From assembly GCF_030684315.1 (NCBI RefSeq), contig NC_081374.1, forward strand, positions 12,140,837 through 12,204,836: a stretch of 64,000 bases of DNA. Reading direction: 5' to 3'. The position numbers were made by a program, and so were the translations under genes. The notes beneath the pieces were generated by a model that did not search any database, was not told where the DNA came from, and was given only the letters and a program-made list of their open reading frames with translations. Of the stretch, positions 12,101 to 27,100 are shown piece by piece; position 1 is the stretch's first letter, and each line of letters begins with the position of its first letter. Source of the stretch: Stegostoma tigrinum (lineage: Eukaryota).

Positions 12101-15100
12101 GATCACTGCCGTTCTTGATCCATGTTAATGATCTAGTCATGGACATACAGGGCACAATTTCAAAATGTGCGGATGACACAATATATTCAGAATTGTGAAA
12201 AGGATAGTGATAGGCATCAAGAAGGCATTCGCAATGGAATGAGCAGACAGGTGGTATCTAAAATTTAATGCAGAAAGTGTGAAGAGATTTGTTTTGGTAT
12301 GAAAACTGCAGAGACAATTGTTGACTATGTCAGGATAACTTGTGGAACTGATTAGTAGATGTTTCAGAATCCTTGGCTTTATAAATATAATAAAGAGTAT
12401 ACTAAAAGGAAGGAAACGCTAGTGAACCATTTATAAAACATTAGTTGAGAATCAATTGGAGCATCATCTACAATTCTTAGGAAGGTTGCAAAGATGTTAG
12501 ATACAGTGCAGAGAAAATGCACAAAAATAACTGTAATTTAGACATGTTGGTGTTATTCTCTTTCAACGAGTTTGAGAAGAGATTAGATAGAGATATTCAA
12601 GATCATGAAGGATGATAACGCTATAGACACAGAGAAACTGTACACATTGGCACAAGCATTGAGAACCATAAAGCATCAATTTAATAAGAATGGCAAAAGA
12701 ACCAAAGGTAGACTTGATGTAAAACAGCTCAAGTAGTCAGAACCTGGAGCGCACTGCAAGAGAACATAGAACTGGAGGATTCGTTCATAGCATTTCCAAA
12801 GATCATTACCCAAAAAGAAATAAATTGCTAGGCTATGAGGCAAGTGCAAGGGAGTAAGAGCGGAGCTGCATGGGCCCAGCAGGGAAGTAATGAGCCAAAT
12901 GGCCTTCTTTTGAGCAATGCACTCTATGATTTAGTGAAGATACCACAACCTCACATTGTAAGTCTCATGTGGCAGTGGATTGGAGATAAAGATTTGGAAG
13001 GTGAAGAGGATGAACTCATTATATTTTGGAGCCATTTGGTTTGCTGCTGCCGGTACATCTCAAAACTTTAGGAAAGTAACGGCAGGATCAATACTAAAGG
13101 AGGAGGACAGCTTTTCTCACAAACATGTGCTCCATTTTAGCTCTCACATTGAGGAGCCACCATGCACGCAATGATACACCCATTTCACTCAGAATTTTTC
13201 TCTATCACAATAACTCTTCCTTTCACCCTGCAGACAAACTTTGTGCTCTCGACAATTTTCCGATGTCTGTCCCATTCTCAAAATACATGGGTTTACTGTA
13301 ATACAGTCAAGCGTCACACTCCTGTGCCCAAATTTATGTTCCCTGTTTAGGTGTCACCCACCTATGTTGTGTATGTCTGTGTGGGGCATGTTCACAAATC
13401 TAGACCCATCAACTTCAATTGGTCTTAGAGCATGATATTGGATGTCATAATCAAAACTGTCCTCATAAATTCTGACTTGGCTCTTAACCCAGTTTCTAAG
13501 AAATCCATGTGCAAGTTAGAACCTTTCTGGAAGTTTTCCTTCCCAGCCTGGTGTTTTCTACCTGCCCCAAATCCATTTGTTAATCTTGGTCATTTTTGTT
13601 TCTTGCAGCGCATTTGTCACTTAAAATACAAAAGTAACAAACTCAGTGTATTGCCAGCAGTCATACGGATACATTAGGAAATATTGTAACAAGAGGGGAG
13701 CCAGTGAACAAAAAGAACATTGAAGCAGAGAGTTAGAGGAAGGACAAAGAGGAGGGCAACCACTAAGAATTAAGGAGAGGAAAGCTGACAACGTGGAAGA
13801 GGTCACAGAAAAATAGTGTGGAACACAAGAGAGAAGAGAACATCAATGTTAATGTCCTTTTGTCTCTGAAACATAAAATATTATGTTTTAAAGTTTACTG
13901 TGTTTTTTTATTTACAGCTACACACGCTTCAATTAGTGGACCAGAAGAAAAAACTGCACAAATGGGAGGATCAGTCGAAATCAAATGCAGATATGACACA
14001 TATTTTAGAGATTATCAGAAATACTGGTGCAAAGGCTACTACAGGAAACACTGTACTGTTTTAGTACAAACTAATGGCCCTGAAAGGAAAAGTCATGACA
14101 ACAGAATAAAAATTACAGCTGATAATGCAAAAGGACAACTTACAGTACATATGAACCAGATAACAGCAAACGATAAGGGATGGTACTGGTGTGGAATAGA
14201 TAGACCTCATCTTCTGGATCCAATGTCTCCCGTACAACTTAAAGTTTATGAAAGTAAGGCATAAATATATGTTTATTTGCTGCATTTTCAGTGATATTTT
14301 CATGTTCAATGCAGATTCACATAATTTGTGTATATATATTTGTTACGTGTTTGCAAAATCTCTGGGATCCTGCTTTCTCAGTAAAGTATTAGAATTATAA
14401 TTTTGTTAAGAGTCAAACAGGGCAACATTATAAAAACCATGTACTGCATTTTGATTGTTCTAATCAAAATTTCATTCATTGTACCTTGTACATGTACCTT
14501 GACACAGTTAACATGAGGCTAATGAATGATCAAATAATATTTCCATACATCATTTTGAACAGGTCGAAAGGGTTATACTAAGGACAAGGAAAGACTAAGG
14601 TAAATGACCAATTTATTTGAGCAATGCACATTGCAGATGGTACAAACAAAAATCACCTCTGTACAGAAAGCACAGTCAATGCTCAGTCCTGAAATTTTAG
14701 CTCTATTTTCTGTCCATAGATGCTGCCAGAGCAACTGAGTTTCTCCAGCAATTTCTGTTTTTCATTGTTTCAGACCTCCAGCATCCACAGTTCTTTAGTA
14801 TGTTGTAGATGGTGCAACCTGCTGCCAGTATGTGCCAGTGGTGGAGGGATCATTTTGGGTTGTGAATGGGGTGCCAACATGCAAGCTGTTTTCTCCCAGA
14901 TGTGTCGAGATACCGATGTGTTATATATGTGAGCTCCACCAATCTAGACAAATGAATGAAATACCATCATACTCCTGATTTGTGCCTTGTACAGTTTAGA
15001 TTCTGATCAATGGTAACACCCAGGCTGGTGATAAAATTTGATGATACACAGATAAAAGTGGCCCTATTTCCCATTGGACCACATACAGCTTCATCAAGGA

Positions 15101-18100
15101 TAAAACAATTTTTCTTTCATACAATATCTCTGTCCAGTATGTTACATACAGCAATAATACCTAAATAAATACATAAGCTTGAATTTATTTGGTTTTGAGT
15201 CCAGTGTTGGTATCAGTAGCAATATATGTGTGAACTAGTTTAACTACTTTTTCTAGTCTGTCTTCCATTATGAATGGAGTGTAGCAAAGATAACTAGAAA
15301 GCGAAATTAATGTCTCTTTTTCTGTCATAATTTTAAGATCATTTCTGCTTCTGAGTTTAGATCAAGTTGTAGAAGGTGACAGATGTGGCACAATATAGAT
15401 GAAGGCCAGTTGGCCTATTGTCTTCATGGTGCTGACGACTGGCCTTTTATCTAGCAATCTATATTGTTGTCTCTTTACTATTCTGCAGGCCTGGTTAAAA
15501 CAAAATTGCATATGTTGGAAATTAAAATTATAAGTTGGAATAGAGTGTGCAGTGCCAACCCAAGTTTTCAATATGTGCTTCAAGTAGGTGAAGCTGTTTG
15601 CCAGGAGCATGAAGTAGTTATAACTTTCCCCATTACTACCAGTAACCCAGGAGAGAAGTAAAGTCACCATAGCCTACTCTGTCATTAGAGAGAGACATCT
15701 AGTGGTGGTTTATCCTGAGGGATACCTTCCTTCCCACAAGGGCAGATATTGAGAAGGACAGTCCTTCATGGCCTCCTCAGAAATTGAACCCATGCTGTTG
15801 GCATCTCTGCAATTGGAAAAAAATCATCTGTCCAGTCAACTGATCTAAACCAAATACTATTCAACAGGATTAACAAGCAATATGATTTAACCCATCACAG
15901 TGTCCTCAAATGAGCATCACTACATTAAAATGAGTTTGCATTTAAATAGAACCTCTAATGTAACAAAGTATCCAAACATGCTTTGTACCAACGTTATCAA
16001 ATTAAATGTGACTCTGAGTTGTACAAGAAGGGATTAGTGCATGGGACCAGGAGTTTAGTAAGAGAGATAAGTTTTAAGAGAAAAGCGAGGTAGCAAGGTG
16101 GAAAACTCTACAGAGGGAATTCCTGGGCATCTGAAGGCATGGTCATCAATACAGGAACAATTGAAATCAGAGACACTCAGCAGCCAGATTATAAAGAATG
16201 CTATTATCTTAAGTTGCAGGGCAGGAGAGTATTACAGAGATGTGGAGGTTTGATACCATAGAAAGATTTGAAAAGAAGGATGAGTATTTAAAAAACCCAG
16301 CAAAATAACTTCCACAATTACATCAGAGATAATGGGAACTGCAGATGCTGAAGAATCCGAGATAACAAAGTGTGGAGAAGGATGAACACAGCAGGCCAAA
16401 CAGCATCTTAGGAGCACAAAAGCTGATGTTTCGGGCCTAGACCCTTCTAGGCCTGAAACGTCAGCTTTTGTGCTCTGAAGATGCTGCTTAGCCCACTGTG
16501 TTCATCCAGCTCCACACTTTGTTATCCACAATTACAATGTTAACGTATATATGCTACTAGTTTAATTATGAGATTTAAGAAAGTGTAGCCTTCACACAAT
16601 ACTTGTAGTTCAGTATTTTAGAAGTTAGCCACCCTCTAGAACCAAAGAAAAGTGTAATATTCACCGTAACTCTCCCTAAAAACACATCAACTCAGTTTGA
16701 AATGGGAAGACAATTTTGTGATTTAACAGCTATGTGCTGATTTAGTGTATTCCCCTGGGTTGCCGAGTGATCTAATACTTATGTGATGAATGCTTTCCTC
16801 TGCATGGTTCAGGAATAACCAAGTGTGCCTGCCAACTGCAATTCATTGCAGTTCTGCACTTACAATGGTTAAGCGACAAAGTAAATTGATTTAAAGCTCT
16901 TAGTTGTCTTACAGATGCGGAAGAAAGTCTATACTGGGACGTGCCTGATACTTACCAGAATTGATTAAGTAACCGTTTAGTCATGCACAGTCAGTTTAAA
17001 TCATATTAATCAGAAAGTCATGTTATGTAGTCTGATGTTGAGTTTAAGGCCATGGGGATTGCTAGGCAAAAGAAACAGCAAGATTCACCACTCTCTATCA
17101 TCTTGACAATCATGCACAGTGATGATAATGGAGTTACTGACCTATTCTAATATTCAATCACCATCAGTTACCAATGGACATGATGAGCAGCAAATCCCAA
17201 ATAGAGAAAAATATGAGAATGTCTAACCCCTCCTTTTAAATCAATGTTAGAAAAGCATGTTGAGAGCTGCTTGGTAATACAGCATTTTCCAGTCATTTTT
17301 GAAATCCAACCATTTGTAAAATACAGAGATATCTTTTCATTGATATAAATCAGATTTGTACCTACTGAATGGTGGGACCAAAAACACTCATAAGTTTTGG
17401 TAAATTAAAGATTATTTTTAGAAGGGAGTTACCCTGTTTCTCTGGTGTTTCCTCTGTTCACTTACTAAGGGAACAGACTGGCAGGAGTTTAAATTCATAA
17501 GGCATCGGAAAATAATGCAACATAATTAGAATGTTAAAAATAGGAGCCAGAGGGAAGTAGCAGAAAAACTTAGGGTAGGAAGGTTTAACAGGGAAAAATA
17601 GTAGTTTAATGGTTTATGCGATTTGGCTTTCATAAAAACAACATTTTGTATTGATATAGCACCTTCAATGTAGTAAAGTTGCCATAGTTCAGGAAGACCA
17701 GAAGTCTGTTCTTTCATTAGAGATGACTGATGGTGGTGATTAACCTGAGAGGTCAACATGCCTCAGGCAAGGGCAGGGATTGAGAGTGAGGAACTTTCAT
17801 GGTTCTTCGTCTGGTATGTATAATGTTTCCAGGCATTTAAGAGGAGTATTGTCAGATAAAATATGGCACAGCCATATTATGAGATATGAGGCATTATTCA
17901 TTCATGTTATTCACTTATGGGATGTGGGCACTGCTGTCTAGACCAGAGTTTATTGCCCATCCCTAGGTGCTCTTAAGAAGGTGGTGGTCAGCTCCCTTCT
18001 TAAACCACTACAGCCCTTGTGTTGTATGAGCCCTAAAATGCCCTTAAGGAGGGAATTCCAGAACTTTGCCCCAGCAACAGTGAAGGAGCAACAATATATT

Positions 18101-21100
18101 TCCAAGTAAGGATGATGAGTGCTTCAGAGGGGAACTATGAAATATGGTTCACAACTTAGAGGTGAAGAGCCGTAGAGATACAGAGAATTTTAATATTAAT
18201 GCTAAGATCAATGTTATAATACCAAATTTAGTTCTAGTAACAATTGTAATTTAGATATTTATTTCACCATCACAGCATAAATTAATACTAAGTATTAAAC
18301 AATGACAAAATTGAAACAGAAAATGCTGGGAAACACTCAGCAGGTCAGGCAACATCTATGGAAAGAGAAACAGCATTAACCTTTCAGGTGAATAACTTTT
18401 CGTCAATTGATGAACAACAATTTGTTGTGAAAACTGTAGTAGTTGGACCATTAATTCAGTAGCATTTAGTAATAGTCCACTTGATTACCCTATGATATCA
18501 TCAGAAATGTTTGTTTTATTTCCTTTATTCATTCACGGGATGAGGGTATCGCTGGCCAGGCAGCCTCTATTGCCCATCCCTAATTGCCCAGAGGGCAGTA
18601 AATAGTCAATCACATTACTGTGGGTCTGGAGTCACATGTAGATCAGACAAGGTAAGGATGGCGGTTTCCTTCCCCAGAGGCCTTTAGTGAACCAGATGGA
18701 TTTTTCCCAACAATTGGCATTGGACTCATGGTCATCATTAGACTCTTAATTCCAGATATTTATTGAATTCAAATTCCACTATCTGCCAATGCAGGATTTG
18801 AACCCCAGTCCCCAGAACATTATCTGGTCTCTGAATTGACAGTCTAGCAAACCACAAGGCCATCGCCTCCCGTTTTGGTAGGTATTACAAAGTGTTGCAC
18901 TATTGTACATCATTATATGTTATGGTACATATGTGGATGATTACATTTCTCCTCAAACTCATACCATTTCTCTCTGCTTTTATGCAAACCACCAAGACTT
19001 TTCCTAACGCTCGGAATAATCTTTGGAATTCTGATGGTGATGTTTCTCGGGCTTGTGATACTAGTTGTCAAAAAAATAAGAAAGCACAAAGATGATGGTA
19101 AGGTCTAAAGTAAAAAAAATTATATCTCTCAAACAAAAGTCTCTTGACTTGGAACATGCTTTAATGATTGTGTCTTGATTTACTACTGAGATTGTACCTA
19201 CATCTGCATTTCAACAGAACATACATTTTGTTAGGACAGAAATCGCCTTGTATTTACACTTCAACCTGGCACCAAGTTCAGTGAAGCACTGAGCCAAAAA
19301 TGACGGTACTTCCTTTATCTCTTTGGAAGAATAGGAACTCTGTTGCAATACCCATTCAGTACAATATAATGGTGACAGGATTGCCAGTAACATTGTGGCA
19401 ATTTGTGTGTAGTGCATAGCAACATGTTTTGTTTCTTGCTCATGATTCTAAAATGTTTGGGAGTCATTTTAGCAACACAAAAGGTGATTTTATTTCTTAA
19501 TTAAAAGGACCACTTGTTTGCACTTTCTTTATTTGTTGTGTACTGGGAAGCAAAACCACGGTCCAGTTTGGTACTGGATAAAGACTGAAACAATTATAAT
19601 TTCTCAAACAAGTATGAAAAGGCAGATGTCTGAATGAGCTATCAAATGACCCTTTTGTAAATGGAATTATCATTATTTAGTCAGCTGATAGGTAATCACA
19701 TGCAGAATTGAAATTAATTTACCCAATTGTTACAGCATCAAGTTCGATTCGTTTAAAATAATTGAATAAGGTAGATATTCCTCAATCTCAAAGATGTATA
19801 GAAAACAAAAAGAAGTTCTGTTTCTAAAACTTCCTCAGAGCATCCTGAGATACTTCCCAACCATTGAATTACTTATAAAATGTTGTTCTTATGGTTAAGT
19901 AGGGCCAGGTATGCAGCAAAGTCCTGCAAACTGCAAATGAAACAAATAACCAGGTAATGGTGATACTTATTAAAGAAATCAGAGCACAAGTGTAAATCAT
20001 GCCATAATGGTAATCTGTTGATGACACAAAGTGCTGGAATAATTCAGCAGATCTGGAAGTATCTGTGGAGGGAAAAAAAAGTAAATAATTTGATACCAAC
20101 ATTACTCTTCATCAGAACTGAAACTGTTACGAAGAAAATTCATTCTAGACTCAAAATAGTAACTCTGTTTCTATCTCCATAGATACTTCTAGACCTCCTG
20201 AGTCTGCCCAGCACATTCTGATGACAGTTCAGATCTGTAGCATCCGTAGTATTTAGCTTTTATGTTAGTGTATTGATAGCACTAGCTCAGCTTTTGAGTT
20301 TAATTATTTAAAGCTCCAGGTGAAGATTTTGATTGGTGCAAGGTGAAATTTAGAGATTTGCAGTTGATTAAGGACATTATATTATGTCAAATTTTCTTCA
20401 AACCATTGGAAAGGCGTTAACAAAAACAGCATCTTAACCCATCAATTGTAATTACCAAGGAAACAGCTGAGACAAGATTGAAACATGTTATAAAATGTCA
20501 AAATAAGTAATCAAATTAAACTACAAATAAGTGATAGCTCAGCTTACACTGATTTCTTATTCTGGCTATTAAAATGAAGGTGAGATTGTATTAAGGTCGT
20601 CATAAGATGGCTACAACTGATTTAGATCAGCTTTGTAGCATGCCTGAGAGAAGCTGGTAGAAGGTCATAAAATGAAGACTGCAGTTTAATTTATGATGAG
20701 CTTGTGTGTTGTAAGGTCTGTATTTAAGTCTGTCAGTTTTTTCTTAGGAGTTTGAAGTCTATAAGTAGCCTTTTCAGATAATGCCAGTCAGTTTTATCTT
20801 GGTTCATTGCATTTTGTGCGAGCTGTCCAAGGGTTCAAATGAATGGCCAACTCCCCAGTGTAATTCAATAGGGGCAATAGTGAAGTACTGAGTGAGGTCT
20901 GAAAATCATTCTTTTCAGATGTGAAAAGAAACATCTACTTTCCCAATGAGAGGGACATAAAGCAAAGCATTAGAAGCAGGCAGAATGACAGCATGATAAT
21001 TGTTTAGACATGTCTTATGTCGATTATACTAACTGCACATTGAAATAGAACAAAATAGGATAGAATAGAATAGTCTTTTTGTCATATCAGACCAGACTAT

Positions 21101-24100
21101 ATCAGGCTGTGGCTGTCTATACATGCGCAATCCATGAGCCTGTTTGCTCCTTAATACTAAGGAAGGGTCTTCAATTCCTTGTGTACTATAACACCCCTTT
21201 TTTATGTCTGCATATACTAGGATCTCAAATACACCTCTCTATTGTAGTGCTTAGGTCTCTCTCTTCACATACTCATTCTAGCCCTGGTGCCTTCAATCTC
21301 ACTATTTCTCAACTCCCCAAGTTTCTCTACTTGATCTATTTTATTCCAGTGGTTTAGTTTTTAGTTATTTACATTGCCTTTGCAATCATCAACATTATTA
21401 ATCATTTTCACTGTAACCACATCTCTCCCACCGTCTCAAGGTCCAAATATCGCAGGACAAAACAATCTAGAACTCTCAGTAGAGATCCCAATCTTCTCTT
21501 CCTGAGTTCAACACTAGGGTGATGGCGCTGGACCATGTCTGTAATGGTTTTACCAGTCTGTACCCTCTCTGAGGCAGAGGCGAATGTTCCACAGCTTGGA
21601 ATAACTACACTCTATCTCAATTCTTTGCTCAAGTAAAATCAATGTGTACCTGTTCCTCCTAATTATACAGGAATTTGTTTCTGAAGAAAGGTCACTGGAG
21701 TCAAAATGTTAACTCTATTTTCTCTCCACAGATACTGCCAGACTTGCTGATTTTCTCCTGCAATTTTTGTTATCATACATTATTTCTCTGATGACAATGC
21801 CTTCTGACATCCTTTTCTTTAATCAGAATTTTTGACTTGGCTTTAGGGCTGATTGAATGGGTTTTCACCATGTTTCCCTTTGCTGTGGTTTCCTCCAGTT
21901 GGTTAACTTCCTGTACTCTTCAAGAGGTTATATTTGGCTTTGATTCTGTTCTAAAGTTAGTGCAGTTTTAACTGCTCTCCAATAACAATTCCAGTAGCAA
22001 ATAACTAATGTTCAGTAGATAGCTTCTTGATCTGTAAGGATGGCAAGGGTTCCGGGACAGGACAAGAAAAAGGATGTTAGGATGATGCATCATATTGAAT
22101 GGTGGAGCAGTCTTGCGGGGCCAAATGGCCTATTTTTATTTCTTGCAGTTTTACAGCCTTAGTGGTGTTGCTATCTTGTTGAGTAGAGCTCATTTTCAAT
22201 CTAGGTTCTTGTATATGATTGACTTCAGTCTTGACTGATCTTTCTGCCCCTCCCTTTGATGAAGGACAGAGTAGAGAACTTGTCAGCTGGTTGATGTCTG
22301 TCTCCAAAGTGAGCCTCCAAATCAAGGCCCATTGTCGAATACAGGTTGTTCTAATAAACCACGCATCATAAAGATATTAATTGAGGTTTCTTGTCTTCCT
22401 TGGACCACGATAGTGTCTTCTTCTTGGATAATGTGTCCTAGAAATGTAAATAATCTTGCATGCAATTGAAATTTTTCATTTACAGTGGTCAATTTAACAC
22501 ATCCCTAACCCTCTGGGCTTGTCTATTCTTCATGTCAACATACTCTAGGATGTCATCCAGGTGGTAAATGGTTCTTTGTTTCTCCTCCATGATCCTAGAC
22601 TTCTGTCTTTGGAAAATCTTTGCTGCAGAGGAGATCCCAAACAATAGATGTTTGAAGCAATACCATGAGAATGATGTAACAAGAACAATTTTGACTCTTG
22701 TTGTCACCTAGTTTTGTGAATTTTTTTGCTCCCAATTTTACTCAGCTGTCACTGGCAGGCCATGTAGGATAACTTTCCCTCTAACCTCCTTTGTTTAACT
22801 GGGTGTGATTGATGCACAATCTTAATTCTCCATTTATCTTAAGAATAACTATTAGGCCTGCGCGCCATTGTGTCAGTTTTGTCACTGCCAATGTGACCCC
22901 ACTTTCAATCATGCTGTCAAATTGAGATCCCACTTCTTCGATCAGAGAATGAGGAATGCTCCTGAAAGAGTACAGGGTAAAGTGAATAGCTTTGGAAATT
23001 CTGAAGTTCTCTCCCTTCTTCATTCTGAAGTAATGCATCCACTGTAAAAGACAGAGACAAATACATGCAATTTTACTCAATAATGGGGTATTCTGGTTCA
23101 TCAGTGTATATTTAGGGTATATAGAGGGTTCATTGAGATTTTATTCTCTGTGATTAAGCTTCATGCTGACTTGCTCATTCACCTGAAAATCTAAGATTCC
23201 TGGACCTTGGATGTTTTATACCTGTTGGTCTGATTTGTATAGGCTTCAACCATAGCAAGCTGTCTGCCAGTATTGACATGGCTGCTCCCGTGTAAAGTTT
23301 AGTTTCATTTTTAAACATGTCCAACCTTACACTGATGGACCAGAATAAGTTTTGATTCTCTCTTTAACTTCCCCTTGAATATTGTCTTCAACTTTTGATC
23401 TACACTTTTAACTTCTTGAACCTTTGTTGCATGACTTCCATTTTTCTGGAAATGTTTCTTATTGCAGGACGCTTACTTTGAGTTTGATGTGGTGAGGGTG
23501 ATGTTAATTGTTACCAAATTGGTTTTCCGAATACCCTACTGGAATTCATTGCACGTGTGAATCTGTTTAGAGTCACATCTTGAGCACCCTGTCGTGGTCA
23601 ATGACATTGATTCCTACTCTTGATATTTTGACACAATCTTCCACATAATATGAATCAATATGCACAATATTAGATAATTTTGGGACTTAATTTCTGCCTG
23701 CTTCTGGATTGTTTGTTAGAACCTTAAATCTTTCTTGAATTAAAGAAGCTCTGATAATTTCTCATCCCTGACACCAACTACTGTATAAAAACTACGGATG
23801 CTGTAAATCAAGAACAAAAACGGAAGTTGCTGCAAAAGCTCACCAGGTCTGGCAGCATCTGTGAAGAAAAAAATCAGAGTTAACCTGTCGGATCCAGTGA
23901 CCTTTCCTCTGGGGTCTGATTAACTCTGTCTTTTTCTTCACAGATGCCGCCAGACCCATTGAGCTTTTCCAGCAACTTCTGCTTTTGTTACCAACTACTA
24001 TATGGTGTCCAATTAATCTATCTTACAAATTTCTGCATGCACAATATCTTTCCAAAATGTATAAATGTGTTTAAAAAGCTCCTATTGATTTTCCCAAACA

Positions 24101-27100
24101 CTGAAATCACTGATTAAATTTCACCAACTACATCATATTTTTGTGTAGCAAAAGTACACACAAAATGTTTTAATCAAGGCATCAAATTGGGTAGTGCTTT
24201 GTCTTCCAAAGCATCGTCAGTGATTGGTCCTATGTCATATAAAAATGCACTAGTTTGTTTGCACTGTCCCTTTGTGTGTAATCCTGAAGCTATTCTATAG
24301 CATAGAAATTGCTGCTTCATGAGGACCCAATTGAGGCATGTGTGTCTTCCACATCACCAAATAGATGAGGTAACGGAAAGCTCTCTACCAGAGCTGTCAG
24401 CTCTATCCACTAGCATGGCTAATTGATCTGGGTGAACACTTGGAATTTTCCTCATTAATGTGAAGAATTCTAATTCTATGGTTTAGCACTTCAAAGTACT
24501 GCCAGTTCATAAATAGGCTTTGAGATCCTCCAAATTGATTTTTATTGCTCTTTGGAGTCTTCCCACATTGTTGCCCTATAATTGAGTCCTCTGAGGTCTC
24601 TTCGCTGCCTTCAGACTCTTCGATTTTCTGTTGCATCTCTTGGAAACTGTCTTAACTTTGGATCCTGGCTCTGGATGCCTATTCTCCTGCTGTCACTTTG
24701 CCTTATGGTGGGATTTCAAGTGAATACAGTTACTTGCACATTGAGATACTGTTCTGGAGTATCTAAGGCTGTGGATGTCTGCACATTTGCAATCTCTGAG
24801 CGACAAACGACTGCACGTCCGAGTCACAAATCACTTCAACTCTGTCTCCCACTCCTTGGATGACATGTCCATCCTGAACCTCCACCAGTGCCACAATGAT
24901 ACCACCCAAAGGTTGCAGGAACAGCACCTCATATTTTGTTTGGGAACCCTGCAGCCCAATGGTATCAATGTGGACTTCACAAGCTTCAAAATCTCCCCTC
25001 CCCCAACCCGCAGTCCAAAACCAGCCCAGCTCGTCCCCGCCTCCCTACCTGTCCGTCCTTTCTCCCACCTATCCACACCTCCCACCTCAAGCCCCACCCC
25101 TGCCCCCTACTTACCAACTTCATCCCCACCCCCTTGACCTGTCCATCTTCCCTGGGCTGACCAACCCCATCCCTAACTCCCCACCTACACTCTCATTTAC
25201 TGGCTCCAACCCCACCTCCTTGACCTCTCCTCTCCACCTATTTGCTCCTTTATCCATCTTCCATCCACCTCCCCCACTCTCTATTTATTTCAGAATTCGC
25301 CTCCCCTCCCCCCCTTTCTGAAGAAGGGCCCAGCCCCGAAACGTCAGCTTTCCTGTTCCTCTGATGCTGCTTGGCCTGCTGTGTTCATCTAGCTTCACAC
25401 TGTGTTATCTGCAGTCTCTGAGGTTGTCTGATCTTATCTCTACTCAAGGCTCTGCAACTCTTTATTTTCTGTCATACTCCTTTGTTTATGTCTTGATAAC
25501 ATGGCATGTTCTCAAATATAGCTCTCTTTACATGCTTATTCATCATTCTTACTGATGTCAGAGTCATTTGATCAGTGATGTCATCTTAATTTACACATGT
25601 CTCAAGATGCTAAAACAACAGTGAGGGCAGAATGTGAGACAGCCTCACGGTGAGAGGCAAAGGACACAAAGCAAACAAAATGACAATGGAGCAACCGAAA
25701 TAATAAAGACAGTGGAAAACATTACACTTGTGCAAGAATCGTTTCTTTCAATGGCACAATACTTGTATACGATTTATGCACAATTGTGTTAACAATGAAC
25801 AAAGCTATGCAGTAACATCCAGCCTGCTGCACAGCCCCATACATGATTTTAGAGGTAACATGCACTACAGAAAAACAGTTCTACTCACCAACCATATGTA
25901 GCAAGTAGTGATGCAGAGTTGTCATCCATTTCAGAGATCATGTACTTTCTATTTCCGTTGATTCCAGTGGAGTTGGAAATTGGTTAATTTCAATAACAGA
26001 ACTAATCTTTCCAATGGGAATGTTTTAAATCTAGCCTTGGAAAATGAGCTGAGGCAAGCTGATAGAAAAAAACTAATATTTAAGAGAAATATAACATGTT
26101 AATGCAATCAGAAAAAAATTAAACACTTTAGCAAGAGCTAAATAGAAAATGAATTGTATTCAATTTTATATTAATTGAAAGTGATTGAACAGTGAAGCAA
26201 TATCAGGATGTACAATAAGATTCAATACACGTGCCTGACATAGCTTGGAAATGTTTCACCTAACAACTAAATTTTCCAGTTTTCTTACGAAATTAATTAT
26301 GAGATGATGTTTTCATGATTTCTTTCTGCAGCTTATGAAGTACTTAAGTTGCTTTTACAAAATTGCCTCAATACACTTATTTATCTCAGTGTTTCATCTA
26401 ATGTTGAATTGGGAAATCAGCACATGCAATTTAGTTTTAAGAAGCAGCTACTTTTATAAATTGAAAATGGTACTTCCTTCCATTTTATTCATGAACCTTT
26501 ATGTTTGCATTTTCTTTTAGATGGCAGAGAGAAGGAATCAACAATAGAAAATTCTATCCCAAAGTCAAACTCTGTGGTAAGGCTGCAACTTGTTGACAAT
26601 GCTGTGTGTTTCAATACTTGTGGAACCCACCAGCCTAAGAAGTAGTGCGTGCACACGATAGATACGCATGTTTTGTGCATTCATCTGAAGATCCTTCGAG
26701 CCAGGTCTTTCAGAAGTCATGTTTAGAAATGTTGTTGGGGGAAATTTGGAAATCTCAGCCTGTGGTGATTAATGTTAGTTCAACTGATTTGTTGCTATGT
26801 TTTTGTTGATCAAAGGAATAGTAGGAGCGACAGCAATGTTGAGTGCACAGGGAAAGGTTTCAGATCTAGGGCTGAACTTTACACTCCTCAGCCAATGGGT
26901 TTTAGTGTACAGGGGTGTAGCCCTTGCCCCCACCATGGTTTACCAGTCAGAGGGAAGGCATCTCACAAGTTGCCAGCCCAGCAGCTGTTCCCTTATTAAA
27001 TGAAAGATATGGTTTCATTAGAGGCAATTGAGAAAAGGTTCACTAGGATGATACCTGGTATGGAGTGATTTTCACGTGAGCAAAGGCTAAATAAATTATG

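Noticed and set aside
16915-16964. Candidate stalk exon after ttgtcttacag
   Set aside because: Phase-1 reading hits TGA at 16962 with no suitable phase-2 donor. Exon 14563-14599 fits the phases exactly.
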